Source: an uncultured Nitrospiraceae bacterium (GTDB lineage Bacteria > Nitrospirota > Thermodesulfovibrionia > Thermodesulfovibrionales > UBA6898). Taken from it: 64,000 nucleotides of DNA. Numbering within the stretch: the stretch's first letter is position 1; each line of letters opens with the position of its first letter. Location: contig CAWEQH010000008.1 in assembly GCA_963811165.1 (NCBI GenBank), positions 288,001-352,000 on the forward strand, given 5' to 3'. Below are positions 11,721 to 21,309 of the stretch, in pieces. Below the pieces are notes generated by a model, which did no database searches, was not told the DNA's origin, and saw only the letters and a list, made by a program, of their open reading frames with translations. The position numbers and the translations under genes were made by a program.

Positions 11721-12992
11721 TCAGTAAAGCATACCCTGACCCTTGGTCTCCTTTTTCTTTGCTCTCCCGAAGATCTTTATCTTCCCGTATTCCCCGTCAT
11801 ATCCGGGGGAGATGGAGACCTCTCCTGTACGCATCTGTTTAATCGCCCGCCCGAGACGCACGGAGCCGGCGGCCTCGATATCTTCAACCGGGACGTCCAG
11901 CAGGATTCTCAACTCATTGCCGAGCTGTCCGATAACCTTTTCATATTCATTTCTCACCGCCTTGCTTGCCACGCCGAGCGTAAGTGTCTCTGCGATAATT
12001 TCGTGCAACGGAATGACTGAATGAAAAGGCGGAGCTCCTTCGGGCCTGAAGCCCTCTTCCCTGTCAGCGAGACTTTCCACCCTATGCATGACCCCGATCG
12101 TCACGCGCTTCCCGCAGACCGGGCAGAGATTGTTTCGAATGATGGACTCTTTCGGCAGAAGGCATGAGGCGCAGGACCTGTGTCCGTCGTAGTGGTATTT
12201 CCCCTCCTCCGGGAAGAACTCTATCGTGCCTAAAAGCCCCTTCCTTGTCTTTACCGAGTTCAGGATGTCCGCATAGGACAGCCCGGCATCGAATATGGTC
12301 GCTTCGCGGCCGATCTTCATGGGCGAATGGGCGTCTGAGTTGGAGATGAGGGTGAGCCCGTCCAGTGCCGAGAGTCTCCAGTTCATGGCGGGGTCCGAAG
12401 ATAACCCCGTCTCGATGGCATAAATATGCGGGGTCAATTCTTCGAAACATTCATCCAGGGAGTCAAACCCCGAGGCAGCGCCGAATACGGAAAAGTGAGG
12501 GGTCCATGCGTGGGCCGGGATCAGGATAGAGGAAGGTGAAGAATCCAGTATGATCCTGAGCAGTTCCTTTGCATCAAGCCCCAGGATGGGTCTGCCGTCG
12601 GCAGAAAGGTTCCCTATCTTAGAGAGTGACCCATTGATCCGCCTGGCATCATCGAACGAGGGCGCCAGCACAATCGCATGTATCTTCCGCGTCCTGTCGT
12701 TTTTTCTGTAGATACAGCTGATCTCTGCAGAGGGAAGAAAAAAAACATCGGCCTTGCACGAAGCCGGGACGTCTTCCTGGCGGAACTTTTTTTTCAGTGT
12801 GAAGAGGCCATTGCCTTCCGCCTCTGTTTTTTCCCGCAACTCTGCAAGCCATTGAGGATGAGTGAAGTCTCCGGTGCCTATCACTGAAATGCCTTTCAGT
12901 TGGGCCCATTTCCAAAGCGCCTCAGGGGACATCTCTTTGCTGGTTGCCCTGGAATATCTGGAATGGATGTGGAGGTCGGCGATAAAACGCAT
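11721..12992 (-). CDS. Endonuclease Q family (PHP-domain) DNA repair protein
   Basis: ADLHIHSRYSRATS, GTGDFTHP, PAHAWTP, ETGLSSD, SNSDAHS, GKYHYDGH, CxxC...CPVCG, PGYDGEYG. Confidence 0.85.
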   Translation of the reverse strand: MRFIADLHIHSRYSRATSKEMSPEALWKWAQLKGISVIGTGDFTHPQWLAELREKTEAEGNGLFTLKKKFRQEDVPASCKADVFFLPSAEISCIYRKNDRTRKIHAIVLAPSFDDARRINGSLSKIGNLSADGRPILGLDAKELLRIILDSSPSSILIPAHAWTPHFSVFGAASGFDSLDECFEELTPHIYAIETGLSSDPAMNWRLSALDGLTLISNSDAHSPMKIGREATIFDAGLSYADILNSVKTRKGLLGTIEFFPEEGKYHYDGHRSCASCLLPKESIIRNNLCPVCGKRVTIGVMHRVESLADREEGFRPEGAPPFHSVIPLHEIIAETLTLGVASKAVRNEYEKVIGQLGNELRILLDVPVEDIEAAGSVRLGRAIKQMRTGEVSISPGYDGEYGKIKIFGRAKKKETKGQGMLY

Positions 12993-13067
12993 TGAGGATT
13001 ATAGCATGACGCGGCGGAAGATGCCGTCTCGTTGCTCAAACGGTCTTCTCCTGCCGTGTAAGGGAAT

Positions 13068-13216
13068 GAGAGAAGGGAGCCCGTTCAGAATTTTTTGTGA
13101 TCGACAGATTGTCAAGATAGTAGGCGTTTTCTTTAAGCCTCGGGTCTATTAGTTTATCCCTCAGCCTTTTTTTTAAGATGTCGCACAAAAAAATACTTCA
13201 TGGCCTCCCCTCTCTC
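13068..13216. repeat. About 150-bp inverted-repeat element, copy 1 (MITE-like or structured RNA)
   Basis: Strong similarity to 16580-16730; terminal arms gagagaaggga/tcccctctctc and ttttttgtg..cgaca/tgtcgcacaaaaaa. Confidence 0.8.
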
Positions 13217-13292
13217 ACGTTTGTTCAACTAGTATTGTCACAATAAAGTTTTTTGGATTATCTCCACGCAATTTGTTTACGCTCCCTGTTTT

Positions 13293-14156
13293 CTATATTT
13301 TTTTGAGGGCCTTATAAAGTCCGGTAATGAGTTCAGCGGACTTTTGGTAGTCCAGCGTTTCGGCGGTATCACCCGGGGAGTGGTAGTTGGGGTTTCTGTA
13401 GAAAGCGGTATCGGTTATCATGAATGCCGGATATCCGAATTTCCAGAAATTCCGGTGGTCTGAAAAATCCACTCCCGGAATGAATGCAGGGGCGCTGAGG
13501 GATTCTATCGGAAACGGAGAAACCTCCCTGAAGGCCCTCTCCACCTCGGAAGTGAAGGCCCGAGACGAAAGGTTGCCGACAAAGGAGATAAAATCCCCCC
13601 TCTTCGGGTAGAAAAGGGAAAAGAGGGAAGCCGGATAGATCTGACAGCCGTCGTAGCTGCAGAAATAGCCGAGCATTTCCAGGGATATCATGCCGTGCAC
13701 CTTAACGCCTTCGTCCTTGAGCCCCTTTGCATAGAGATAGCTGCCCATATATCTCGTCATAAACGCCGGGAACTCTTCAAGCGTGAAAGCCACAAAACGG
13801 ACCGTCCTTTTTAGGGGATTACGAGCGGAAAGACGTGCAAGTTCGAGCATGCCGGCCACCCCGCTTGCGTTATCATCGGCTCCAGGCGTGCCGACCGCGC
13901 TGTCGTAGTGTGCGCCGATTATGATAATGCCGTCTGCCGGAGCGGCGGTCCCCTTCACCTCGGTCCATATGTTGTAATACGTATTTTTTCTGTAGGAAAC
14001 CGCCTGTTTTTCAGCGGTGCATCCGAAGGAACCAAATTTTTTTTCTATAAATTCTGCGGCAAGGCCGAGTTTGCCTACCTCGAGATAACTCCTTTCCCCG
14101 ATTTCCTCCGATAGATAAAATACCGTTTCTCTAAACCGGGACTCGACCTGCTCCAT
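13293..14156 (-). CDS. M28 family metallopeptidase
   Basis: IGAHYDS, PGADDNASG, FTLEE, SLEMLG, SDHRNF, NYHSPGD. Confidence 0.9.
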   Translation of the reverse strand: MEQVESRFRETVFYLSEEIGERSYLEVGKLGLAAEFIEKKFGSFGCTAEKQAVSYRKNTYYNIWTEVKGTAAPADGIIIIGAHYDSAVGTPGADDNASGVAGMLELARLSARNPLKRTVRFVAFTLEEFPAFMTRYMGSYLYAKGLKDEGVKVHGMISLEMLGYFCSYDGCQIYPASLFSLFYPKRGDFISFVGNLSSRAFTSEVERAFREVSPFPIESLSAPAFIPGVDFSDHRNFWKFGYPAFMITDTAFYRNPNYHSPGDTAETLDYQKSAELITGLYKALKKI

Positions 14157-14330
14157 GCGATAAGTGTAAAACGCTGCGCGCAAAGAAGCAATGCTGCTTT
14201 GTTCTTTTTTAAAAAGGGGAAGTAAAGAAATTGCTTATTGGACGGGATAATTCGTGCGCCGGGGTAAAGGTATTGCTAAAAAAGGTCCAAATCTATTAAA
14301 ATTTAGTATCTAATTTCAGGAGGAACGAAA

Positions 14331-14531
14331 TTGAAGGCAGGAATTCATCCGGAATACAAAGAAGTGAAGGTCAGCTGCGCCTGCGGCGAGATCTTTACGA
14401 CCAGGTCGACAAGGAAAGAAATCCATCTCGATATCTGCTCCAAATGCCATCCCTTCTACACAGGGAAACAGAAGCTCATGGATACCGAGGGCAGGGTGGA
14501 GAAATTTAAGAAGAAATACGCGAAGAAGTAG
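14331..14531 (+). CDS. rpmE: 50S ribosomal protein L31 (Zn-binding type)
   Basis: [32 protein letters not shown]. Confidence 0.97.
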   Translation: MKAGIHPEYKEVKVSCACGEIFTTRSTRKEIHLDICSKCHPFYTGKQKLMDTEGRVEKFKKKYAKK

Positions 14532-14552
14532 ATAGGCCGCAAGACAATATTG

Positions 14553-14584
14553 AACAGGAAACCGTTGAGGTTTCCTGTTTTTTT
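14553..14584 (+). terminator. Rho-independent terminator after rpmE
   Basis: aacaggaaacc-gttga-ggtttcctgtt followed by a T run. Confidence 0.8.
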
Positions 14585-14625
14585 CTGTCTTTCTGCATGC
14601 GTGGGAAAAGAGTGAGGTATTTACT

Positions 14626-15504
14626 ATGAAAAATGTCGGTGGACAGGCCGTTATCGAAGGCGTCATGATGAAGTCGGCCCGGAACTGGACGGTTGCAGTA
14701 AGGGACCAGAGCGGCACAATCCATCTCAAGGGAGAGAAGCTTGCCCAGTTGCCCCGGGGCTTGAAGCTCCCGATGATAAGGGGCGTTATCGCCCTTTTCC
14801 AGGCGCTCACTCTGGGGATAAAGGCGATCGAGTTTTCAGCGAGCAAGGCGTATAGCGAAGAAAGTGAGGAAACCCTCAGCAAGCTGTCCATCTCACTGAC
14901 CATTATGTTTTCGGTCCTGCTGGGTGTGGGCCTTTTTATTCTTCTGCCGTTATATGCCACGAAACTGCTGGGCCTGGTCTTACAGGGGATATCGAAGAAT
15001 TCGTTGTTCTTTAATCTCACGGACGGCGTCATCAGGGTATTTATCTTCCTGCTTTACATTGTTCTGATCGGGGTCTGGAAAGAGATGGCGAGGATATTCA
15101 TGTATCACGGCGCCGAGCACAAGGTCATCCATGCATATGAAGGAGACGAGGAACTGACGGTCGAAAACGTCAGGAAATACAGTCCCCTCCATCCCCGTTG
15201 CGGGACGAGTTTTCTGATGATCGTTATGGTCGTGAGCATCCTCATTTTTTCATTTATCCCCCAGCACTGGCCGTTTCTGTATAAGTTTCTTTCGCGGATT
15301 ATCTTCATTCCGATCATCGCCGGCACTTCCTTCGAACTGCTGAAGTTTTCCGCAAAGATGAAGGACAACCCTGTCATGAACTTTATGATACAGCCCGGCC
15401 TTATGCTGCAGCGGCTTACGACGAGGGAGCCGGACGATTCACAGATCGAGGTGGCGATCAGGGCGCTTGAAGAAGTACTGAAACTAGAGGAAGGGCATGC
15501 TTGA
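14626..15504 (+). CDS. DUF1385 domain membrane protein
   Basis: GGQAVIEGVMM, YHGAEHK, HPRCGTSF, QRLTTREPD. Confidence 0.92.
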   Translation: MKNVGGQAVIEGVMMKSARNWTVAVRDQSGTIHLKGEKLAQLPRGLKLPMIRGVIALFQALTLGIKAIEFSASKAYSEESEETLSKLSISLTIMFSVLLGVGLFILLPLYATKLLGLVLQGISKNSLFFNLTDGVIRVFIFLLYIVLIGVWKEMARIFMYHGAEHKVIHAYEGDEELTVENVRKYSPLHPRCGTSFLMIVMVVSILIFSFIPQHWPFLYKFLSRIIFIPIIAGTSFELLKFSAKMKDNPVMNFMIQPGLMLQRLTTREPDDSQIEVAIRALEEVLKLEEGHA

Positions 15505-16557
15505 TAAGCTCCTTGAGATAGAAAAGAAATACGACGATCTGACGGCCCTGCTGAGCGATCCGAAGGTGATTTCGGTACAGTCTGAGTTTCAGAAATATTC
15601 CAAGGAGCACTCCGACCTTCAGGCGATAGTGGGCAGGATAAGGGAATACAAAAAACTTCTTTCCGACATCGAGGAAACGGAAGACATGCTCAGAAGCGGG
15701 GACATTGATATCAAGGAGCTGGCGCAGCCCGAACTCGATGAACTGAAAAAGAAGAAGTCCCCCTCGAGGAAGAGTTGAAGATCATGCTCCTCCCTGTTGA
15801 CCCGAGGGACCAAAAAAACGTCATCCTCGAGATAAGGGCGGGGACAGGCGGCGAGGAAGCCGCCCTCTTTGCGGCAAGCCTCTTGAGGATGTACACAAAA
15901 TATGCCGAATCAAGAAGGTGGAAGATAGAGATCATCAATATGAACGCTACCGGTCTGGGCGGCATCAAGGAGGTGGTCGCCTCCATTCAGGGCAAGGGCG
16001 CTTACAGCAGGTTGAAGTATGAAAGCGGCGTCCACAGGGTACAGCGCGTACCCGCAACCGAAGCGTCGGGGAGGATCCATACTTCTGCAGCGACAGTAGC
16101 GGTGCTTCCCGAGGCGGAGGACGTGGACATCAAGATAGATGCGAAGGATTTGAGGATAGACACGTTTTGCTCATCAGGGGCGGGGGGCCAAAGCGTCAAT
16201 ACGACGTATTCCGCAGTAAGGATCGTCCATGTGCCCACAGGTCTTACCGTCCAGTGCCAGGACGAGCGCTCCCAGACCAAGAACAAGGACAAGGCGATGA
16301 AGGTCCTGAGGGCGAGGCTTTATGAGATCCAGATCGAGGAAAAGGAGAAAGAGAGGGCCCAGCAGAGGAAGTCCCAGGTCGGCTCAGGAGACCGGTCCGA
16401 AAGGATAAGGACCTACAATTATCCCCAGAACCGGATTACAGACCACCGCACCGGCCTGACGCTGCATAAGCTCGAACAGGTCCTTGAAGGGGCACTCGAC
16501 GAGGTCCTGGATAACCTTATCACCTATTTCAATTCTGAAAGGCTGAAAGACCTGTAG
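15497..16557 (+). CDS. prfA: Peptide chain release factor 1, split by one frameshift near 15755 (probable sequence error)
   Basis: [25 protein letters not shown] (PxT motif), GAGGQ, RIRTYN; halves in different frames join as ...KKKK/(V)[12 protein letters not shown]. Confidence 0.93.
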
Positions 16558-16579
16558 GCAGACGTTTCCCAGGGCTGAA

Positions 16580-16730
16580 AGAGAAAAGAGAAGCCCGTTC
16601 CGGATTTTTTGTGATCGACAGATTGTTCAAGTAACGGGCGTTTTCTTTAAGTCTCTGGAGCTGCCGGTCAATCCCTCAGCTTTTTTCTAAGGTGTCGCAC
16701 AAAAAATACTTCACGGCCTCTCTTTTCTCT
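16580..16730. repeat. About 150-bp inverted-repeat element, copy 2
   Basis: Homologous to 13068-13216; arms agagaaaagaga/tctcttttctct; lies between prfA and prmC. Confidence 0.8.
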
Positions 16731-16767
16731 TCTGTTGAGTTTCACTATCATCCGGGCAAATGATATT

Positions 16768-17640
16768 ATGAGTACGATGCGATTGCTTGATGTCTTAAAG
16801 ACTTCTACCGAGTATCTCGAAAAAGCCGGGATAGAGGACGCCTTTGCCGATTCCGAGATGCTGACCCTGCATTCCGCCGGAATAGACAGGCTTGAGGCGT
16901 ACATGGAGAACCCTGAGATATCGAAAGCGGTCCTTGCAAAAATCCGGCGGCTTGTAAGACGCAGGGCAAAAGGGGAACCTGTGCAGTACCTCGTCGGCCA
17001 TATTGAATTTCTTGGCCTCAAAATACATGTGGGCAAGGGTGTGCTCATCCCCAGGCCCGAGACTGAATTACTGGTTGAAGAGGCGATAAGCAGGGGCGGG
17101 GTAGCCCCGCCCGTACAAAAAGCAGGTGCCAAAAAGCCAAGAGTCCTCGACCTTTGTACCGGAAGCGGATGTATCGCGCTTGCCCTTGCAAAGGGGTTGC
17201 CTCATGCGGATGTTTACGGGACCGATGTTTCCAGGACGGCCCTCCGATATGCAAAGAAAAATGCCCGGGAAAATAGCGTGGAAAATGTTGCCTTTCTGTG
17301 TGGGTCTCTTTTTTCACCGCTGAAGCCGGGTACCTGTTTTGACCTTATAGTCTCGAATCCCCCCTATGTGAAAAGAGCGGACATAGCGGGGCTTCAGCGC
17401 GAGGTAAAAGAATGGGAGCCTTTAGAGGCGCTCGATGGGGGGGTAGAGGGTCTTGATTTTTATCGTCGCATATTCGCTGATGCGAGGGGACACCTCTGCA
17501 AGGGCGGAAAGATCATCGTCGAACTGGGGTTCGGCCTGTCAATGGACGTTGAAGCGCTGGCCTCGGAGCAGGGGTATAAAAAGATTGAGGTAAAGAAAGA
17601 CTACGCCGGAATCGAAAGGACATTGAAGGCTGAACTCTGA
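16768..17640 (+). CDS. prmC: Release factor glutamine methyltransferase
   Basis: GEPVQY, VLIPRPETE, LDLCTGSG, SNPPY, ALDGG; follows prfA. Confidence 0.95.
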   Translation: MSTMRLLDVLKTSTEYLEKAGIEDAFADSEMLTLHSAGIDRLEAYMENPEISKAVLAKIRRLVRRRAKGEPVQYLVGHIEFLGLKIHVGKGVLIPRPETELLVEEAISRGGVAPPVQKAGAKKPRVLDLCTGSGCIALALAKGLPHADVYGTDVSRTALRYAKKNARENSVENVAFLCGSLFSPLKPGTCFDLIVSNPPYVKRADIAGLQREVKEWEPLEALDGGVEGLDFYRRIFADARGHLCKGGKIIVELGFGLSMDVEALASEQGYKKIEVKKDYAGIERTLKAEL

Positions 17641-17693
17641 GCATAAGATCTTGCTACAATAATTAAATAAATAACCTTAAACGGGGTTGAGAC

Positions 17694-18815
17694 ATGAAAA
17701 AACTATTTGAAAAAACAACAATCAACGGGATGATGCTCCAAAACAGGTTCGTGCGGTCGGCGACCTGGGAAGGAATGTGCGATAATGACGGACGCCCGAC
17801 GCCGAGGCTTGCCGACTGCTACCGTGAGCTCGCTGCGGGGGGCATCGGCCTGATCATCACCGGCTACGCGTTTGTCAGACCCGACGGCAGACAGTTGCCG
17901 GGGAAAATGGGGATCCATTCGGACGATTTTGCCGCTGAGATGAGGGCGCTTACCGAGGCTGTCCATGACGAGGGCGGCAGGATTTGCATGCAGCTCGTTC
18001 ACGCAGGAGGTCAGACCACTACAAAGACGGCAGGCAGACGCCCTTTCGGACCTTCCCCTGTGAAGGTCGAACAGTTTCCCGAGGAACCTGAAGCGATGCG
18101 TAAAGAGGACATAGATGAAGTCGTCGCGGCCTTCGGAGAGGGCGCCCGGCGGGCAAAGGCGTACGGCTTCGATGCGGTCCAGCTCCATGCTGCCCACGGC
18201 TATCTCATTAACCAGTTTCTTTCTCCACTGACCAACCGCAGGACCGACAACTATGGCGGCTCTGTTGAGAACCGGTGTCGTTTTCTTTTAGAAGTATACC
18301 GCCGCGTCCGCTCTGCGGTCGGGCCCGATTTTCCGGTACTGGTGAAATTAAACGGCTCCGATAATCTCGAAGGGGGCCTTGTCCTAGGCGATGCTGTCTA
18401 CGCCTCACGCCTGCTGGACGAGGAAAAGATCGACGCAATAGAAGTCAGCGGGGGTACTTCCGCCTCCGGCGAAAATACCCCCGTGAGGATAAAAATCGAT
18501 AATCCCGATCGGGAGGCTTACAACCTCGCACTCGCCAGAGAGATCAAAAAAGCAGTTCGATGCCCCATTATGGTTGTCGGCGGGTTCAGGTCTCTTGAGG
18601 TGATCGATAAGGCGCTCAGAGAAGATGGAATCGATTATATTTCGATGGCCCGCCCCTTCATCAGGGAGCCGAAGCTGATCAAACGCTGGAAAGAAGGCGA
18701 CCGCTCCCCTGCACGCTGCATCTCCTGCAACGGCTGCTTTAAGCCGGGACTCAAGGAGGGCGGCATCTACTGCGTGGTAGAAAAAAAAGAAGCGCAGAAG
18801 CGGGCTACTGATTAA
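17694..18815 (+). CDS. NADH:flavin oxidoreductase (Old Yellow Enzyme family)
   Basis: NRFVRSATWE, QLVHAG, QLHAAHGYLINQFLSP, RTDNYGGS, CISCNGC. Confidence 0.92.
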   Translation: MKKLFEKTTINGMMLQNRFVRSATWEGMCDNDGRPTPRLADCYRELAAGGIGLIITGYAFVRPDGRQLPGKMGIHSDDFAAEMRALTEAVHDEGGRICMQLVHAGGQTTTKTAGRRPFGPSPVKVEQFPEEPEAMRKEDIDEVVAAFGEGARRAKAYGFDAVQLHAAHGYLINQFLSPLTNRRTDNYGGSVENRCRFLLEVYRRVRSAVGPDFPVLVKLNGSDNLEGGLVLGDAVYASRLLDEEKIDAIEVSGGTSASGENTPVRIKIDNPDREAYNLALAREIKKAVRCPIMVVGGFRSLEVIDKALREDGIDYISMARPFIREPKLIKRWKEGDRSPARCISCNGCFKPGLKEGGIYCVVEKKEAQKRATD

Positions 18816-18878
18816 ACTTTCTTCCTTTCCGGCGAGTGGACAAACCTTCAGTTGTGCGGTAACGGTATAAATAGAGAA

Positions 18879-19829
18879 ATGAAAAAACGCAAACTTGGCA
18901 ATTCCGGTTTGGAAATCGCTCCTCTGGCATTTGGGGGCAATGTCTTTGGATGGACAGTTGATGAGTCAACGTCCTTTGCCTTACTCGATGCGTTCGCGGC
19001 ATCCGGGTGTAATCTCATCGATACCGCGGATTCCTACTCCAGGTGGGTCCCCGGCAACAGAGGCGGAGAATCCGAGACGATCATCGGCAAGTGGCTGAAG
19101 AGAACCGGGAACCGGAAGAAGGTCTTGATTGCTACTAAGGTCGGAAGTGAAATGGCCTCGAATAAGAAAGGACTGTCGAAGGCCTATATCGTGCGCGCAG
19201 CCGAGGATTCACTGAGACGCCTGCAGACGGACTATATTGATCTGTATCAGTCCCATTTCGACGACCCTGATACGCCGTTAGAGGAAACTCTGGAGGCATA
19301 TTCACAATTAATCAACCAAGGAAAGGTCAGGGCCATCGGCGCTTCCAACTACGGCGCAGAACGACTTTCTCAGGCGCTTGAGGTCAGTAAAGAACGTGGA
19401 TATCCCGCCTACCATAGCCTGCAGACTTTATATAACCTTTATGACCGCGCCGATTACGAAGCACATCTCGAACCCCTTTGCCGTGCAGAAGGATTGGGTG
19501 TGATCACCTACTTTTCGCTGGCCAGCGGCTTTCTCACGGGCAAATACAGAGCGGAAAATGATTTATCAAAGAGCGCACGAGGCGAGATGGTCAGAAAATA
19601 TCTGAATGGGCGGGGATTCCGTATTCTCAAGGCGCTTGATCATGTGGCAAAACAGCATGATTCAACTCCTGCCAGAGTTTCTCTGGCCTGGCTGATCGCT
19701 CGTCCCGGAGTCACCGCCCCTATTTCAAGCGCCACGAGCCTGGAGCAATTAACCGATTTAATCGAAGCTGCCAAACTTACATTAAGTCCTTCTTCCCTGG
19801 AGCTATTGAATCAAGAGAGCGCATATTAA
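18879..19829 (+). CDS. Aldo/keto reductase
   Basis: GGNVFG, IDTADSY, IATKVG, SLRRLQTDYIDLYQSH, GASNY. Confidence 0.92.
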   Translation: MKKRKLGNSGLEIAPLAFGGNVFGWTVDESTSFALLDAFAASGCNLIDTADSYSRWVPGNRGGESETIIGKWLKRTGNRKKVLIATKVGSEMASNKKGLSKAYIVRAAEDSLRRLQTDYIDLYQSHFDDPDTPLEETLEAYSQLINQGKVRAIGASNYGAERLSQALEVSKERGYPAYHSLQTLYNLYDRADYEAHLEPLCRAEGLGVITYFSLASGFLTGKYRAENDLSKSARGEMVRKYLNGRGFRILKALDHVAKQHDSTPARVSLAWLIARPGVTAPISSATSLEQLTDLIEAAKLTLSPSSLELLNQESAY

Positions 19830-19890
19830 CCTGCTTTTGCGGGTATAATGTATTTACTTAATCTCTCTATCAATTTAAAAGGGTCGTGCC

Positions 19891-20595
19891 ATGCAAAACA
19901 GAAGGAGATTCAAAAGATTTACATTAAAGGTCCTGGAAATTCGTGGCCGAATGATAGCTGCGACTGAAGTCAAAGTCGTCGACATCAGTATCGGGGGGAT
20001 AAGGCTAAAGGCGAATCGGCGGCTTAATATGGGGAATGAATATGCACTTAAATTAGAGGCTGCGGATAGGGCCCTTTCCTTAAGAGGCGTCGTTGTCTGG
20101 TCCTCACTGAGTGAAAACATGGAAGGGTCCCGCGGGGAAGTCGTTCCCATTTACACGGCCGGCCTGAAGTTTACCAATATTTCTGCCGATAAGATAACCC
20201 AACTTCTTGATTTTATTGAGGCGCACAAGAAGGAGGAGGTATATGTGGTAGGAGGCACCAGGCTTAATGTCAGGTTTCATATTAATGACCCGGAGAAGGC
20301 TGTTTTGAATTATCCGGCAAGTTATAAAGTAAAGAAGATCAGTCTTGGAGGGATGTTGATTGAATGCGTGCAGGCCCTGGAGGTCGACAGCAGGATCCCC
20401 ATGGAGTTGTCTCTTCAAGACGACAAACCTTTGAAGTTTGTGGGAAGAATTGTTTCATGCCAAGTCACGGAAGACGGCGATCCAAAGCAATATGACATCG
20501 GGATAGAGTTCTTAGGTTTGACAAATAAAGATAATGAAATGCTTGCCACATTCGTGGCATATTGTGCGGCCATAGAGGAAGGAAACGAAAGCTAG
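19891..20595 (+). CDS. Tandem PilZ domain protein (candidate c-di-GMP receptor)
   Basis: RRFKR...DISIGG first domain; second domain with degenerate RxxxR and ISLGG. Confidence 0.8.
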   Translation: MQNRRRFKRFTLKVLEIRGRMIAATEVKVVDISIGGIRLKANRRLNMGNEYALKLEAADRALSLRGVVVWSSLSENMEGSRGEVVPIYTAGLKFTNISADKITQLLDFIEAHKKEEVYVVGGTRLNVRFHINDPEKAVLNYPASYKVKKISLGGMLIECVQALEVDSRIPMELSLQDDKPLKFVGRIVSCQVTEDGDPKQYDIGIEFLGLTNKDNEMLATFVAYCAAIEEGNES

Positions 20596-20676
20596 CAGTA
20601 CGTTCACCGCAATCTGCTCCGCGATCATCCAGGGCGAATACTACTATTTTATGAAGCGACAGGGCAGCTCCGATGA

Positions 20677-20835
20677 CTATTCTTCGCACCTGCAGGGATG
20701 GTAGATGAGCAGGACGGACTTGATCTTCGCAAGCGCCTCTTCCTGCGTCTTTCCGGTAGCGCGGTAGCCCGGTAGATCCTTGGCCTCGGCGACCCACTGA
20801 TCGTCGTCGTCCTGATAAATAATGAACTCCCGCAT
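20677..20835 (-). CDS. Short HicB/UPF0150-fold protein (52 aa, below the ORF-track cutoff)
   Basis: Hand translation MREFIIYQDDDDQWVAEAKDLPGYRATGKTQEEALAKIKSVLLIYHPCRCEE* matches the HicB N-terminal pattern (LPG...G.T.EEA). Confidence 0.75.
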   Translation of the reverse strand: MREFIIYQDDDDQWVAEAKDLPGYRATGKTQEEALAKIKSVLLIYHPCRCEE

Positions 20836-20970
20836 AGCTTAAATATACCATATCCTGTAAGCACCCGGCGACAACTACGCGCGCGCCGATTGACAAAATA
20901 GCCGAAGCGTGATCAAATGTAATCGGAGGTAATCTTCAATGCGGCATTATATGACGGGCGGAGGTGCGGG

Positions 20971-21264
20971 ATGAAAAGACTTGTCACCATTTTGTTTCTT
21001 TTCTCAGTGATCGTATTACTGCTAGGCGGATGTGCCTATTACTACCCGTACGGTTACGATCCTTATTACTACCCCGATAATTACGGTTATATCGGTCCTT
21101 TTTATTATTACTCCCCTTTGGGCTACTACTCGTCTTCCCCGTATCCCTATGCGTATCCGGAGGAGTACTCTTCCCCTTCCACCCGATTTTATTTCGGCGA
21201 AAGGCCGGAGGACTTCAGGGAGCGGCAGTTCGAGTCAGGTGAGCGGCCCGGTGGAGAAAAATAA
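20971..21264 (+). CDS. Small Tyr/Pro-rich lipoprotein
   Basis: RBS ggagg, lipobox LLGG-C, low-complexity YYYPYGY region. Confidence 0.65.
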   Translation: MKRLVTILFLFSVIVLLLGGCAYYYPYGYDPYYYPDNYGYIGPFYYYSPLGYYSSSPYPYAYPEEYSSPSTRFYFGERPEDFRERQFESGERPGGEK

Positions 21265-21309
21265 AACGGTCAGGCTTTGCCTTATTGAATTTAGAAACAT
21301 GTTTCGGAT

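Noticed and set aside
13068..13216. Repeat element as a riboswitch (c-di-GMP or other)
   Set aside because: It lacks recognisable aptamer consensus and occurs in opposite orientations relative to its host transcripts.
15740..15780. Programmed frameshift in a release factor gene
   Set aside because: The gene is RF1 (PxT motif), not RF2. There is no CTT-TGA slippery site with an internal SD at the usual position, and similar indels occur elsewhere, so a sequencing error is more likely.
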